Shown here in pieces: positions 1 to 8,084 of a stretch of DNA of 64,000 nucleotides. The notes under the pieces were generated by a model, which saw only the letters and a list, made by a program, of their open reading frames with translations, searched no databases and was not told where the DNA came from. The translations under genes were made by a program, and so were the position numbers. Every line of letters starts with the position of its first letter. Position 1 is the stretch's first letter. Source of the stretch: a virus; the IMG/VR virus record IMGVR_UViG_3300007775_000001, positions 50,951 to 114,950 of that record; one strand, 5' to 3'.

Positions 1-272
1 GGCATACGGTCATTCCGATGTGTCGGTCGAAGAGGTGCCACGGGCAATTTTCGCTGCAACAGCGAGCACAACACGCCACTTTGGTCATATCGGTATCAGC
101 ATTCATCCGGAGAGTGGAAGAGCCTTTGTCCGGATCACGCTGAGATGGTATGCTCGATGGAATTGGATCGTGTTGAGATGGCTTCTGAAGCGAAAGAGAG
201 AGCGTTGGTTGAACCGGGCTGAAACACGATGCAGGATGGTTGTACCTAACGGAATCCGTTTGGTCGTGTACT

Positions 273-650
273 ATGGCAAGCGTAAAATCGAAGACGAGTA
301 ATTTGTTTCTTCAGATGCTCGTAACTATCAGGAAGGATCGTACCTACTTCCCGAAGGTCATTGATCAGTTCTGGGAACTGAACCATGAGCATCGCATCGC
401 CCTGGTCAGGTATCTGATGGATCAGGTAGGCAAGGAATCGTGGAAAGAATGGGCCGCCGATCCGACTCAGCATGTAGAGATCATCAAAGCGTTGTTGATG
501 GCATACACGGGTCGCAAGGAACTCGATGAGCCGTCGCGCATTGATTTGGCAAAGCTGATCGGTGGCTATACTCAGACCAAGGAGTATCGCGAGATTGAGA
601 TATCGCTTTCTTCTTCTGTGAACGTCACAGAAGCTTTGGAGAACTTGTGA
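273..650 (+). CDS. hypothetical protein
   Basis: ORF in tightly packed + strand run; start moved to ATG 273; stop overlaps next start. Confidence 0.6.
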   Translation: MASVKSKTSNLFLQMLVTIRKDRTYFPKVIDQFWELNHEHRIALVRYLMDQVGKESWKEWAADPTQHVEIIKALLMAYTGRKELDEPSRIDLAKLIGGYTQTKEYREIEISLSSSVNVTEALENL

Positions 651-868
651 TGACCGTGCTTGAACTATTGAAGATCGGGAAAGACCCGGTCAATTTCGCT
701 CTGGAACTGACAGAAACCGAGACCCAGAATTCTGTGTCTGTCAACGTGGCCGTCTTTGGCGGGAGCTACGATACGATCCTCCGTAGTTTGACCACGGCTG
801 TTCGACAGGGTCTTGCTCAAATGGGGATCACAGAAGAGACCATCGATGGACAACGAGCAGAAGGGTAG
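647..868 (+). CDS. hypothetical protein
   Basis: Translationally coupled ORF (GTGA overlap), GGAGA upstream. Confidence 0.55.
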   Translation: MMTVLELLKIGKDPVNFALELTETETQNSVSVNVAVFGGSYDTILRSLTTAVRQGLAQMGITEETIDGQRAEG

Positions 869-1020
869 GGAGTTCAGACAGGAGGAGACTCAGAATCTCC
901 AGAAGTCAGAGAGACCTGATGCGAAGTATATGCAGGATCGTCATCTCTGTACTGTCTGTCACGGTGTAGCTCGTGTGTGCGAGCGTGGGGATTGTCCCCA
1001 AAGGGGTATTGGAGGTTGAC

Positions 1021-1506
1021 ATGTCTGGCGGATTGACCAATCGTCGTACTCCCTCGAAGAAGAAGCCCGGCGTGCGTCAACGCATGCGTGGGCTTCAAGG
1101 TATCGCTCAGCACAACGCCAGTCTCGCTCAAGCGAATGGCAAGAAACTTTCAGAGGCTTCTCATTGGATTGCTGCCCTGGCTGTGACAATTCATGGACTG
1201 AAGGAGAGATTCCCCGGTCTGGAAGAAGAAGTCGTTTGGAAGTGGGCGGATTGGTTTGTCAATGCTGGCAACTACACCAAAGAGCAGATTGAGGAGCTTC
1301 AGGGTGTGGTGGCAAAGCTGCCCATCGACAAACTCAGAGTGGTGGAGAAACCAAAGCCGGAAGTTACGCCAGAGTCAAAGCCAAGGGCTCGATTCACAAG
1401 GAACCGGGATGGCAACAATCAGAACGTGCAAGGTGGCGGACTACCTCAGATTGGATCAGGTGGTCATCCATCCGGAGAACACAGAGCTTCGAAGGATCAG
1501 TCCTGA
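1021..1506 (+). CDS. hypothetical protein
   Basis: GGAGG RBS before ATG 1021. Confidence 0.6.
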   Translation: MSGGLTNRRTPSKKKPGVRQRMRGLQGIAQHNASLAQANGKKLSEASHWIAALAVTIHGLKERFPGLEEEVVWKWADWFVNAGNYTKEQIEELQGVVAKLPIDKLRVVEKPKPEVTPESKPRARFTRNRDGNNQNVQGGGLPQIGSGGHPSGEHRASKDQS

Positions 1507-2131
1507 GAAGTGGGAGTCTCTGAAGAAGTCGATCCTTGAGCATGGTGTCTATCGTCCCATCCATGTGTGGGAACAAGAACGATGGGCTTTGTCTGGCAAC
1601 CATCTCCTGAAGGCGATTCGGGAGTTGGTGCAAGAGGGTCACACTCTTGAATCGCCTTCAGGTCGTGGTTTTGTGCCGGTGATCTTCCATGATGTAGGGG
1701 AGAAAGAAGCCAAGGCGATCTTCTTCCAGACCAACAATACGTTCGCAGATTGGGTGGAAGACAATCTGAGCAACGCGATCAAGCGATACAACGAGATCGG
1801 TGGGGATGTGTATGGCCTTGGTTTTCCTCAAGGGGAAATCGAAGCGATCATGGGTGTGGTTGATCAGGCGATCAAAGAGACTGCACCCATCATGGAGAAG
1901 GTCGAGGAGTTGAACGAGCAGGTTATCCAAGATGCTGTCAACGATCCGCCTGTCGAGGCTCAACGGACTTTGACACTGAGCGAGGGTGTGTACGATCAGC
2001 TTGAGGGTGTGCTGATCGACATTGCAAAGCGGCTCAATCCAGATTGGAAGAAGGGCGACTCCTTCAATGAGGCGGTTGCTGCTCTGGTTCAGATTTGGCG
2101 AGAACGACAACTGTCTTCACAGGTCGCATGA
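1409..2131 (+). CDS. ParB/Srx N-terminal domain protein, possible C-terminal ribbon-helix-helix
   Basis: HPEN..RRI...WESLKKSILEHGVYRPIHVW...LSGNHLLKAIREL matches the ParB/Srx nucleotide-binding domain pattern. Confidence 0.75.
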   Translation: MATIRTCKVADYLRLDQVVIHPENTELRRISPEKWESLKKSILEHGVYRPIHVWEQERWALSGNHLLKAIRELVQEGHTLESPSGRGFVPVIFHDVGEKEAKAIFFQTNNTFADWVEDNLSNAIKRYNEIGGDVYGLGFPQGEIEAIMGVVDQAIKETAPIMEKVEELNEQVIQDAVNDPPVEAQRTLTLSEGVYDQLEGVLIDIAKRLNPDWKKGDSFNEAVAALVQIWRERQLSSQVA

Positions 2132-2856
2132 TCAAGGTCGAGGAGTGGGACGGTCTTCAGACCAATGTGGTCATCCACGGTGCTTTCGAAGAGGTCTACA
2201 AGAAGGCACAGATCAGGGCTGATCTTCTGGTTACGAGTCCGCCCTATCCAACGTCTACCACGAGATACATCCCCTCACTTGGCGGGAATGTGAATGACCG
2301 TACGGTGACGCGGAACAGGTTGTACAGCAAGAGTCATGCGAAGGTTGGGGAGTCCGACTATCTCAGATGGGCTCAGCTATGCATCGGTTTCGCTCCTCTG
2401 GTGTTCTTCAATATTCCTGCTCGTGTGCTTGATTACGATCTTGGTGCAAAGCCGTTTAACCATGTCGTGTGGGTGAAGACCAATGGAGCGGTGCCATTTG
2501 CTCACAAAGGGGTGGTACGTTTCCATGAGTTTATATTGCTTTTCGGTGATCACAAGCGGTTGAACAAGCCGATGCGCTCAGTTTGGGAGATGGCTTCACA
2601 ACGAGGGTCAGATCATCCAGCACCGTTCCCGATCAATCTTCCGGCGAGAGCTATTCATTATGGTAGCAAGCCTGGAGACCTTGTGTTCGATCCGTTTGGA
2701 GGAAGCGGGACTACTGCGGCGGTAGCCAAAGCCATGAATAGGCGTTGGCTCACATGCGACACAGAACAGGAGTTCTGCGAGATGATGGATGATCGAATTG
2801 CGAGGGTGAGAACTTCAGGCGACGGGAGCCAACTTGGGGGAAGGGAGGGAAACTGA
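2128..2856 (+). CDS. DNA methyltransferase, N4-cytosine/N6-adenine beta class
   Basis: TSPPY catalytic motif N-terminal; HPAPFP; VFDPFGGSGTT SAM-binding motif C-terminal. Confidence 0.9.
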   Translation: MIKVEEWDGLQTNVVIHGAFEEVYKKAQIRADLLVTSPPYPTSTTRYIPSLGGNVNDRTVTRNRLYSKSHAKVGESDYLRWAQLCIGFAPLVFFNIPARVLDYDLGAKPFNHVVWVKTNGAVPFAHKGVVRFHEFILLFGDHKRLNKPMRSVWEMASQRGSDHPAPFPINLPARAIHYGSKPGDLVFDPFGGSGTTAAVAKAMNRRWLTCDTEQEFCEMMDDRIARVRTSGDGSQLGGREGN

Positions 2857-2946
2857 CCCCCGTCGCCTTCGGTGCCGGTAAGCATGGTCAGATTCGCATG
2901 CGATTTTTCCAAAGTCAAGAACTATTTTTGGTATTGGAAAAATTTC

Positions 2947-2975
2947 TTGCGTTCTCGAAGGTGTTCTGTTAGGAT
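2947..2975 (+). promoter_or_regulatory. sigma70-type promoter with extended -10 and AT-rich upstream element
   Basis: TTGCGT-17nt-TAGGAT, TG just upstream of -10, A/T tracts at 2923-2946. Confidence 0.55.
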
Positions 2976-2980
2976 GATGA

Positions 2981-3583
2981 TCACGATGACACGGGCCTAG
3001 CATGGTGGTGGACGTGTCGGGTCAGTCTGTGGTGCAGGGCAAGGCTCTGCACTTCGCTCAAGATGAAGAAGTGCAACACGTGATGACACAGATCAGTCAT
3101 GCCTAACTGATCTTTGGGAAAGCGGGGAGACCGCTGACTCTAACGTGCCGGGTAGGGACGATGCGCTGATTCGCATTTGAGACTGGCGATAAGCGTTCCC
3201 GAGTCCCAGAAAGGAGGTGAGTCCCATGCTTAGTAATTGATAAACACTGCGCACTTGCGCGACCTTGAGTCTATTGAGGGGCCTAGACGGATATGAGTCT
3301 ATCACTATTACGATGTGTTTAGACCATCGGTCTGTGACAGCGTGGAGGCAGATAGAAGATCATTTGGGGTCTTCTCGCAGTAGCCTTTGAAGCGTACCGC
3401 CCGTTGAAGCCAAACACATGCGATGAGAAGTATACGAGGAAAGCCCCGCTATTGGATGCAATAGGATGGGGAAATACTGATGGGAAGGTACTGCGTAGTA
3501 GTGTCGTTTATGGATCGCCCCGAAGAGGAAAGGGCGTGGGAGCCCTGCCATTGAAGACATTCGTTGGCAGGGTTTCTTTTTTC
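2981..3583 (+). ncRNA. candidate ~600-nt structured non-coding RNA
   Basis: No credible ORF; flanked by promoter and terminator; many hairpins (GTGCAGGGC/GCTCTGCAC, AGATCAGT/ACTGATCT, AGCGG/CCGCT, CTTCTC/GAGAAG, CGCCC/GGGCG). Confidence 0.55.
3541..3583 (+). terminator. Rho-independent terminator
   Basis: AGCCCTGCCA/TGGCAGGGTT stem followed by T run. Confidence 0.75.
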
Positions 3584-3599
3584 CGGACAGGGAGTCGAG

Positions 3600-3830
3600 A
3601 TGGCAGAACAGGTTGATCGTCCCACCCATTACGGGGGAACAGATTGCATCGAAGCAATGGAGAAGATGCTGTCCAGAGAAGAGTTCATTGGTTTCCTTCG
3701 AGGAACCATCTTCCGATATCAATGGAGATGGCGTCAGAAGAACGGCGAGCAGGATTTGGAAAAGGCTCGTTGGTACGATAGGTATCTCAAGGAGTACATG
3801 CAGAGATGCTCTGAACCAGTTTCTACGTAG
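3600..3830 (+). CDS. DUF3310 family protein (SaV/T7 gp1.7-like)
   Basis: VDRPTHY...CIEAM...GFLRG..FRY.WR...KNGEQDLEKARWY signature. Confidence 0.85.
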   Translation: MAEQVDRPTHYGGTDCIEAMEKMLSREEFIGFLRGTIFRYQWRWRQKNGEQDLEKARWYDRYLKEYMQRCSEPVST

Positions 3831-3834
3831 AAAC
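3819..3834. repeat. dispersed 16-bp palindrome GTTTCTACGTAGAAAC, copy 1
   Basis: Perfect palindrome overlapping stop codon of DUF3310 gene. Confidence 0.95.
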
Positions 3835-3836
3835 CC

Positions 3837-4706
3837 ATGGCTGCCAAGTTTGTTCGCACGACATCCAAGCCAGAGGGCAAGAAACCCTTCGATGTGAAGT
3901 CTCTTCGCTCGAATCGACCAGTGTTCAAGCGTCGGTCTTCTGTTGCGTTGGCGACCTCTCCGGTTCCCAAGCATGGCCCGAAGATTGCTCGCATCGAAGA
4001 CCTGGATGCACTCATGGTTGAGCGTGGTGTTTTGTTTCCGCACGCTTCGATTCGCGATTACCTCATCAATGTGAAGGGGTATTCAGAGAGTCAGTACCAT
4101 ATCTTCATGAAGTTCGCTCCAGCAATGGATTGGGACGAGCGCAAGCGTCTTCTTCAAGACCAGATCACACAGCAACTCGTGGCACGGCACATCGATGGAA
4201 TTGCCGAAGCCCATGATATGTTTCTGAAGGCGTCCAAGCTGGGTATTGGGCGTGCTCTTGAAATGCTTGCTAGGCTTCAGGTGAGCGATGTTCCTGTCGA
4301 GGTGGAAGTTCCCGACTTGAAGAACCCTGGCAAGACCAAGGTGGTGAAGAAGTTCTCCTTGCGGAGCGTTGATCTTCTCAACATCTTGTCTGCTTTGAAG
4401 AGTGCTCAGGAAATCTACCGCAAGGCCATGGGGATTAACGACGAGGAAGACAGCATGGTAAACCTCATGGAGCGGTTCCGACAGACCGTTGGTGCGCAAT
4501 CACGGTTGAACATCACTCAAGTCAACGTCAACTCTGGTGGTGAGTCGAAATCGGTATCTGTCGAGGGTGTTGATTACGATGACGTGAAGCTCATCCTTGA
4601 GGCGTTGCGTCAGGCCAAAACAGAGTCCAAGGATGAAGATGAGGAAGAAGTAGCGGGAGAACTCATCATCCATGGTGATCCTGTCGTGACCAAGGTTGTG
4701 AACTGA
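3837..4706 (+). CDS. putative terminase small subunit
   Basis: Helical protein; DLLNILSALKSAQEIYRKAMGI then LNITQVNVN and an acidic tail, the usual TerS architecture; near ParB/MTase pair. Confidence 0.45.
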   Translation: MAAKFVRTTSKPEGKKPFDVKSLRSNRPVFKRRSSVALATSPVPKHGPKIARIEDLDALMVERGVLFPHASIRDYLINVKGYSESQYHIFMKFAPAMDWDERKRLLQDQITQQLVARHIDGIAEAHDMFLKASKLGIGRALEMLARLQVSDVPVEVEVPDLKNPGKTKVVKKFSLRSVDLLNILSALKSAQEIYRKAMGINDEEDSMVNLMERFRQTVGAQSRLNITQVNVNSGGESKSVSVEGVDYDDVKLILEALRQAKTESKDEDEEEVAGELIIHGDPVVTKVVN

Positions 4707-4720
4707 CTGTCGCCCCCCCT

Positions 4721-4762
4721 CCCCTTGCGTCAGTCCGTGCAACTGACGCAAGGGGTCTTTTT
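4721..4762 (+). terminator. Rho-independent terminator
   Basis: 14-bp stem CCCCTTGCGTCAGT/ACTGACGCAAGGGG followed by TCTTTTT. Confidence 0.85.
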
Positions 4763-4779
4763 GACTCCTCGTTTTCTTG

Positions 4780-4840
4780 TTGACTTCCGCTGTACTCCCT
4801 GTCATACTGTAGTCGTGGGAAGGAAGTGAGAACTCTGAAT
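4780..4840 (+). promoter_or_regulatory. early promoter cassette (divergent copy)
   Basis: TTGACT-17-CATACT then GTCGTGGGAAGGAAGTGAGAACTCTGAA, resembling copies at 5807/13504/24721. Confidence 0.55.
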
Positions 4841-4852
4841 GGAGAGAGGGTC

Positions 4853-5125
4853 ATGAACAGCGCACTGCATGAAGAAAATCACGAGGAGTTTCGAGCGAAA
4901 CTCCAGAGTGAGCGTGACCGGCTCCTTCCTATCTTCAACCGGGTCGCGAATCCGGATGACTGGAAGGCTCCGATCAGCGCATGGGTGGATGCTGCCGAAG
5001 TGGACAACGTCGTGCAAGCAATCGGGTACTTCACGGCAACGGTGGCGAAGGTCGCTTGGGGTCTGAAACCGGGCAAGGCATACGTGACTTCGGTCGGCTA
5101 CAGGGTTGGCCCGGCTGGGCCATAA
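4853..5125 (+). CDS. hypothetical early protein
   Basis: GGAGAGAGG RBS, first gene after promoter. Confidence 0.7.
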   Translation: MNSALHEENHEEFRAKLQSERDRLLPIFNRVANPDDWKAPISAWVDAAEVDNVVQAIGYFTATVAKVAWGLKPGKAYVTSVGYRVGPAGP

Positions 5126-5147
5126 CACGGGAAAAGAGGAGACTCCC

Positions 5148-5330
5148 ATGAAGAATTGTACATGCAAGGGGACGGGAAGACAGAGGGTCTACAACGGGAA
5201 GACCAATTTCACCATTCCTTGCACAACCTGCAAGGGTTTAGGCAAGCTCCCGGTGCGACTGGAGACGGGCAATCTCCAATCGCCGTTGGCGAACGTGCGC
5301 GTCTTCGAGGAAGGAACACAAGTCGGTTGA
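5148..5330 (+). CDS. small CxxCxGxG zinc-finger protein (DnaJ-type repeats)
   Basis: CTCKGTG...CTTCKGLG; GAGGAG RBS. Confidence 0.6.
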   Translation: MKNCTCKGTGRQRVYNGKTNFTIPCTTCKGLGKLPVRLETGNLQSPLANVRVFEEGTQVG

Positions 5331-5342
5331 CAAAGGAGAAAC

Positions 5343-5744
5343 ATGACTGAACCACTGTTCACCGAAGCGGATGTGATCTACGCGGTCAATCTGCGAGACG
5401 TGGTGGAAGACGGCTGGCTGGATGGCAATGCTGGAACGCTTGCACCAATCAGCCGCAAGTTCTTCAAGCATCCGGTGTGGGCTTCTCCGGGTGTGTACAC
5501 GGTGATGGAGAAGGCGGTACAGGAAGATTCGAAGTTCTATACTTTCGAGTCGCTGTGGGCGTACTTCCTATTCCGTACCGTTCGCTTCGCGGAAGACGTG
5601 AATGAATCAACTCGTAAGTTCACGTTCCAGCGTAGGACTGATGGGATGCATCATCGTCCGGTTGAGATCATGGTCTGTGTCCAGGCGTGGGCGGTCGATG
5701 ACCCCAAGCCTGTTGTGACGCTCTATCTCCCGGAGGAAGACTAG
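5343..5744 (+). CDS. DUF6573-like hypothetical protein
   Basis: LF...DVIYAVNLRDVVEDGWLD...PVVTLYLPEED pattern; AAGGAG RBS. Confidence 0.55.
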   Translation: MTEPLFTEADVIYAVNLRDVVEDGWLDGNAGTLAPISRKFFKHPVWASPGVYTVMEKAVQEDSKFYTFESLWAYFLFRTVRFAEDVNESTRKFTFQRRTDGMHHRPVEIMVCVQAWAVDDPKPVVTLYLPEED

Positions 5745-5767
5745 GGGCTCTCTCTCCCCTGCCACGA

Positions 5768-5803
5768 GAGCACTCAGGAGAAATTCTGAGTGCTCTTTTT
5801 TTT
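5768..5803 (+). terminator. Rho-independent terminator
   Basis: GAGCACTCAG/CTGAGTGCTC stem followed by T8. Confidence 0.9.
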
Positions 5804-5806
5804 GCC

Positions 5807-5864
5807 TTGACATCATGTAGTACATGTAGTACACTGTAACTGTGGCTGAGAGAGAAACCCTGAA
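5807..5864 (+). promoter_or_regulatory. early sigma70 promoter cassette
   Basis: TTGACA-17-TACACT with leader GTGGCTGAGAGAGAAACCCTGAA, repeated elsewhere. Confidence 0.8.
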
Positions 5865-5879
5865 TAGAGGAAAGAACCC

Positions 5880-6092
5880 ATGGAACATTATTCACATCTC
5901 ATGAGTGGATGCGCTGCGAAGTTTCCTTTCTGTTACGGTGACTGTGGAGACGATGTGAAGAAAAACGAGAAGACCGGTCGGTGGTATATCACGATGGGTC
6001 ATCCGGGCTTCAATAGCACGGCCAACAACGGTAACGGGTATTCGACCGAAGCCAAGGCTCGCAGTGAACTGAAACGCTACGCACGAGCGTAG
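5880..6092 (+). CDS. hypothetical early protein
   Basis: ORF directly after promoter, GAGG RBS. Confidence 0.6.
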   Translation: MEHYSHLMSGCAAKFPFCYGDCGDDVKKNEKTGRWYITMGHPGFNSTANNGNGYSTEAKARSELKRYARA

Positions 6093-6114
6093 CGTTCTGG
6101 TCGAGAGAGAGATC

Positions 6115-6411
6115 ATGTCAACAACCGTGGCGCAGACGATTCTGAAGCAGTTGGGTGGTGGTCGCTTTGCACTGATGACGGGTGCCAAGGGCTTTACGAG
6201 TACCGGCAACGGAGTGTTCTTCCGGATCGGTCGCAATCATCGAAGCATCAACAAGGTGTCGGTCGATCTGATGGGCGATGACACCTACACCATGAAGTTT
6301 TGTCGTGTGCGCAAGAGCGTGGCAACGGTGGCGAAAGAAGTCAAAGGGCTGTACTTCGATCAGTTGCAAGAGGTCTTCACACGGGAAACTGGGATGTACA
6401 CTCACTTGTAG
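6115..6411 (+). CDS. conserved phage hypothetical protein
   Basis: AQTILKQLGGGRFALMTGAK...DDTYTMKF...GLYFDQLQEVFTRETGMYT, a widespread phage family. Confidence 0.8.
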   Translation: MSTTVAQTILKQLGGGRFALMTGAKGFTSTGNGVFFRIGRNHRSINKVSVDLMGDDTYTMKFCRVRKSVATVAKEVKGLYFDQLQEVFTRETGMYTHL

Positions 6412-6420
6412 GGAAACGAG

Positions 6421-6960
6421 ATGACCAAATATACGAGGTTCCAAGACATCCCTCAGATGGTCGAAGCCGGGAGTTACGAGGTAGACATCCCGTGGGACTA
6501 TTTGGAAAAAGGGCTGGCAGGCTACCTGGAGCAAGGTTTGGTGCTTGAGCCGGACTTCCAGCGTGGTCATGTGTGGAGTGATGAGAAGCGCACGGCATAC
6601 GTGGAGTTCTGTCTTCGCGGTGGTCGTGGAAATCGTACGATCTTCTTCAACTGTCCTGGCTGGCATTCGGTGCGTCGATTGACTGCGGGGAGTTTTGTGC
6701 TCGTAGATGGTTTGCAGCGGTTGACCGCCGTGCGGATGTTCATGAGGGATGAACTGAGAGCATTCGGTTCTTTCTTCAGCGAGTACACGGATCGGATGTG
6801 GTTGTTCGGTCTGTCCGCTTCATTCCGTTTCAACGTCAATCGGTTGGAAACGCGGGCCGAAGTGCTCCGGTGGTATCTGGACATGAACACAGGCGGCGTG
6901 GTGCATGCGGAGAGCGAGCTTGACCGTGTGCGTGAACTGCTCAGCAAGGAGACGGTATGA
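6421..6960 (+). CDS. stand-alone DUF262 (ParB-like, GmrSD N-terminal) domain protein
   Basis: PDFQRGHVWS...VLVDGLQRLTA...YLDMNTGG motifs. Confidence 0.85.
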   Translation: MTKYTRFQDIPQMVEAGSYEVDIPWDYLEKGLAGYLEQGLVLEPDFQRGHVWSDEKRTAYVEFCLRGGRGNRTIFFNCPGWHSVRRLTAGSFVLVDGLQRLTAVRMFMRDELRAFGSFFSEYTDRMWLFGLSASFRFNVNRLETRAEVLRWYLDMNTGGVVHAESELDRVRELLSKETV

Positions 6961-7153
6961 AAGTCAAAGGGCATTTGTTCACGATCAATCAGAACGTCAC
7001 GCAAGGTGATCTGAACCGGCAAGTATATTGAATGTCGGGGTCTGGGTTGCGGCTGAAGCTCAAGGGGAATTCCGTCTTGCAAGAACTGGCTTCTCTGTAG
7101 TGGACATTTTTCGCGCAACGTGGTAGGCTGAATCACAAAACGGGAGATTCCAC

Positions 7154-7708
7154 ATGAAGCAAGAATTGACATTGCGACACTATTTGAAGAGTGTCTCTCA
7201 GCTTGAGAAAGACGAGGAGGTACTTCAAGCTTTGGCCGATGCGGTTATGGGTCTGGAGGCCCATCAGTTTCTTGTCTTCATGGCGCGAGTGAAGGATACC
7301 GTCAAGACGGATGCAGGATACCGCGAATTTATCTCGTCGCTCTTCGGGGGCAAGCGCAAGGTCAATCCGCGCGACGTGACCATCTATATCAAAATAGATG
7401 GTGCGCATGAGACCACTCATAACAAGATCAGTGCGATAAAGCATTGTCGTGCAGTGACGTATGGCGAGAACATGGGTTTGGTCTGTGATCCTGACAGGAT
7501 GGGTCTAAGGGAGGCCAAAGACCTCGTGGAAGCGTCGAAGATGGGTGAGGTCAAGGTCGTTCGGCTTTCTGGCAAGGGAGCCAAAGAGGCTTCCGTCCAG
7601 TTTGCGAACAATATCATGGCGTGTGGATATGACGTTCGCGTCGAGGGTGGGGACGAGGAGTATGAGAGCGAAGTCGATGACTTCATTGCGGAGCTAAAGG
7701 CACTCTGA
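7154..7708 (+). CDS. ribosomal protein bL12 (L7/L12)-like protein
   Basis: KISAIKHCRAVT...MGLREAKDLVEA matches bL12 CTD K..VIK.VR..TGLGLKEAKDLVE. Confidence 0.7.
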   Translation: MKQELTLRHYLKSVSQLEKDEEVLQALADAVMGLEAHQFLVFMARVKDTVKTDAGYREFISSLFGGKRKVNPRDVTIYIKIDGAHETTHNKISAIKHCRAVTYGENMGLVCDPDRMGLREAKDLVEASKMGEVKVVRLSGKGAKEASVQFANNIMACGYDVRVEGGDEEYESEVDDFIAELKAL

Positions 7709-8067
7709 TGACACGAGAAGAAAACGACAAGCGGGAACGCCAGATCAGATGTGTACGTAAGATGCTGGTCACCCTAGACCAGTTGTTGACTAGGAATACG
7801 TTCGATCAGGCTGAGAAGCATTACTATGGCCGCAAGAATGAGATTGTTGGCGGTGGCAACAACAGTATTTTTACGGGTTTGCGCAACGCTGCGTTTAGTG
7901 GTCAGCCATTCTACAAGTTCTCAGACGGTCAGACTGAGGTGGCTTATGACTATCTGGATGAACGATTGGTGCTCGTGAATCCCAGCAAGCCTGACATGGA
8001 AGAGCGTCTGAAGAGAGACGGGGCCATGTTCGTTCCGCTCGTGGAACTGATCAAGAAGTCGAGCTAG
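7708..8067 (+). CDS. hypothetical protein
   Basis: Coupled ORF (TGATG overlap). Confidence 0.65.
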   Translation: MTREENDKRERQIRCVRKMLVTLDQLLTRNTFDQAEKHYYGRKNEIVGGGNNSIFTGLRNAAFSGQPFYKFSDGQTEVAYDYLDERLVLVNPSKPDMEERLKRDGAMFVPLVELIKKSS

Positions 8068-8082
8068 TTTCTACGTAGAAAC
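8067..8082. repeat. dispersed 16-bp palindrome, copy 2
   Basis: AGTTTCTACGTAGAAACT at gene junction. Confidence 0.95.
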
Positions 8083-8084
8083 TC

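Noticed and set aside
3430-3540. RNase P (GAGGAAAG) or hammerhead (CTGATG...GAAA) identity for the large RNA
   Set aside because: GAGGAAAGCCCC lacks the GTCC and the 3' P4 partner; the hammerhead core CTGATGA is absent
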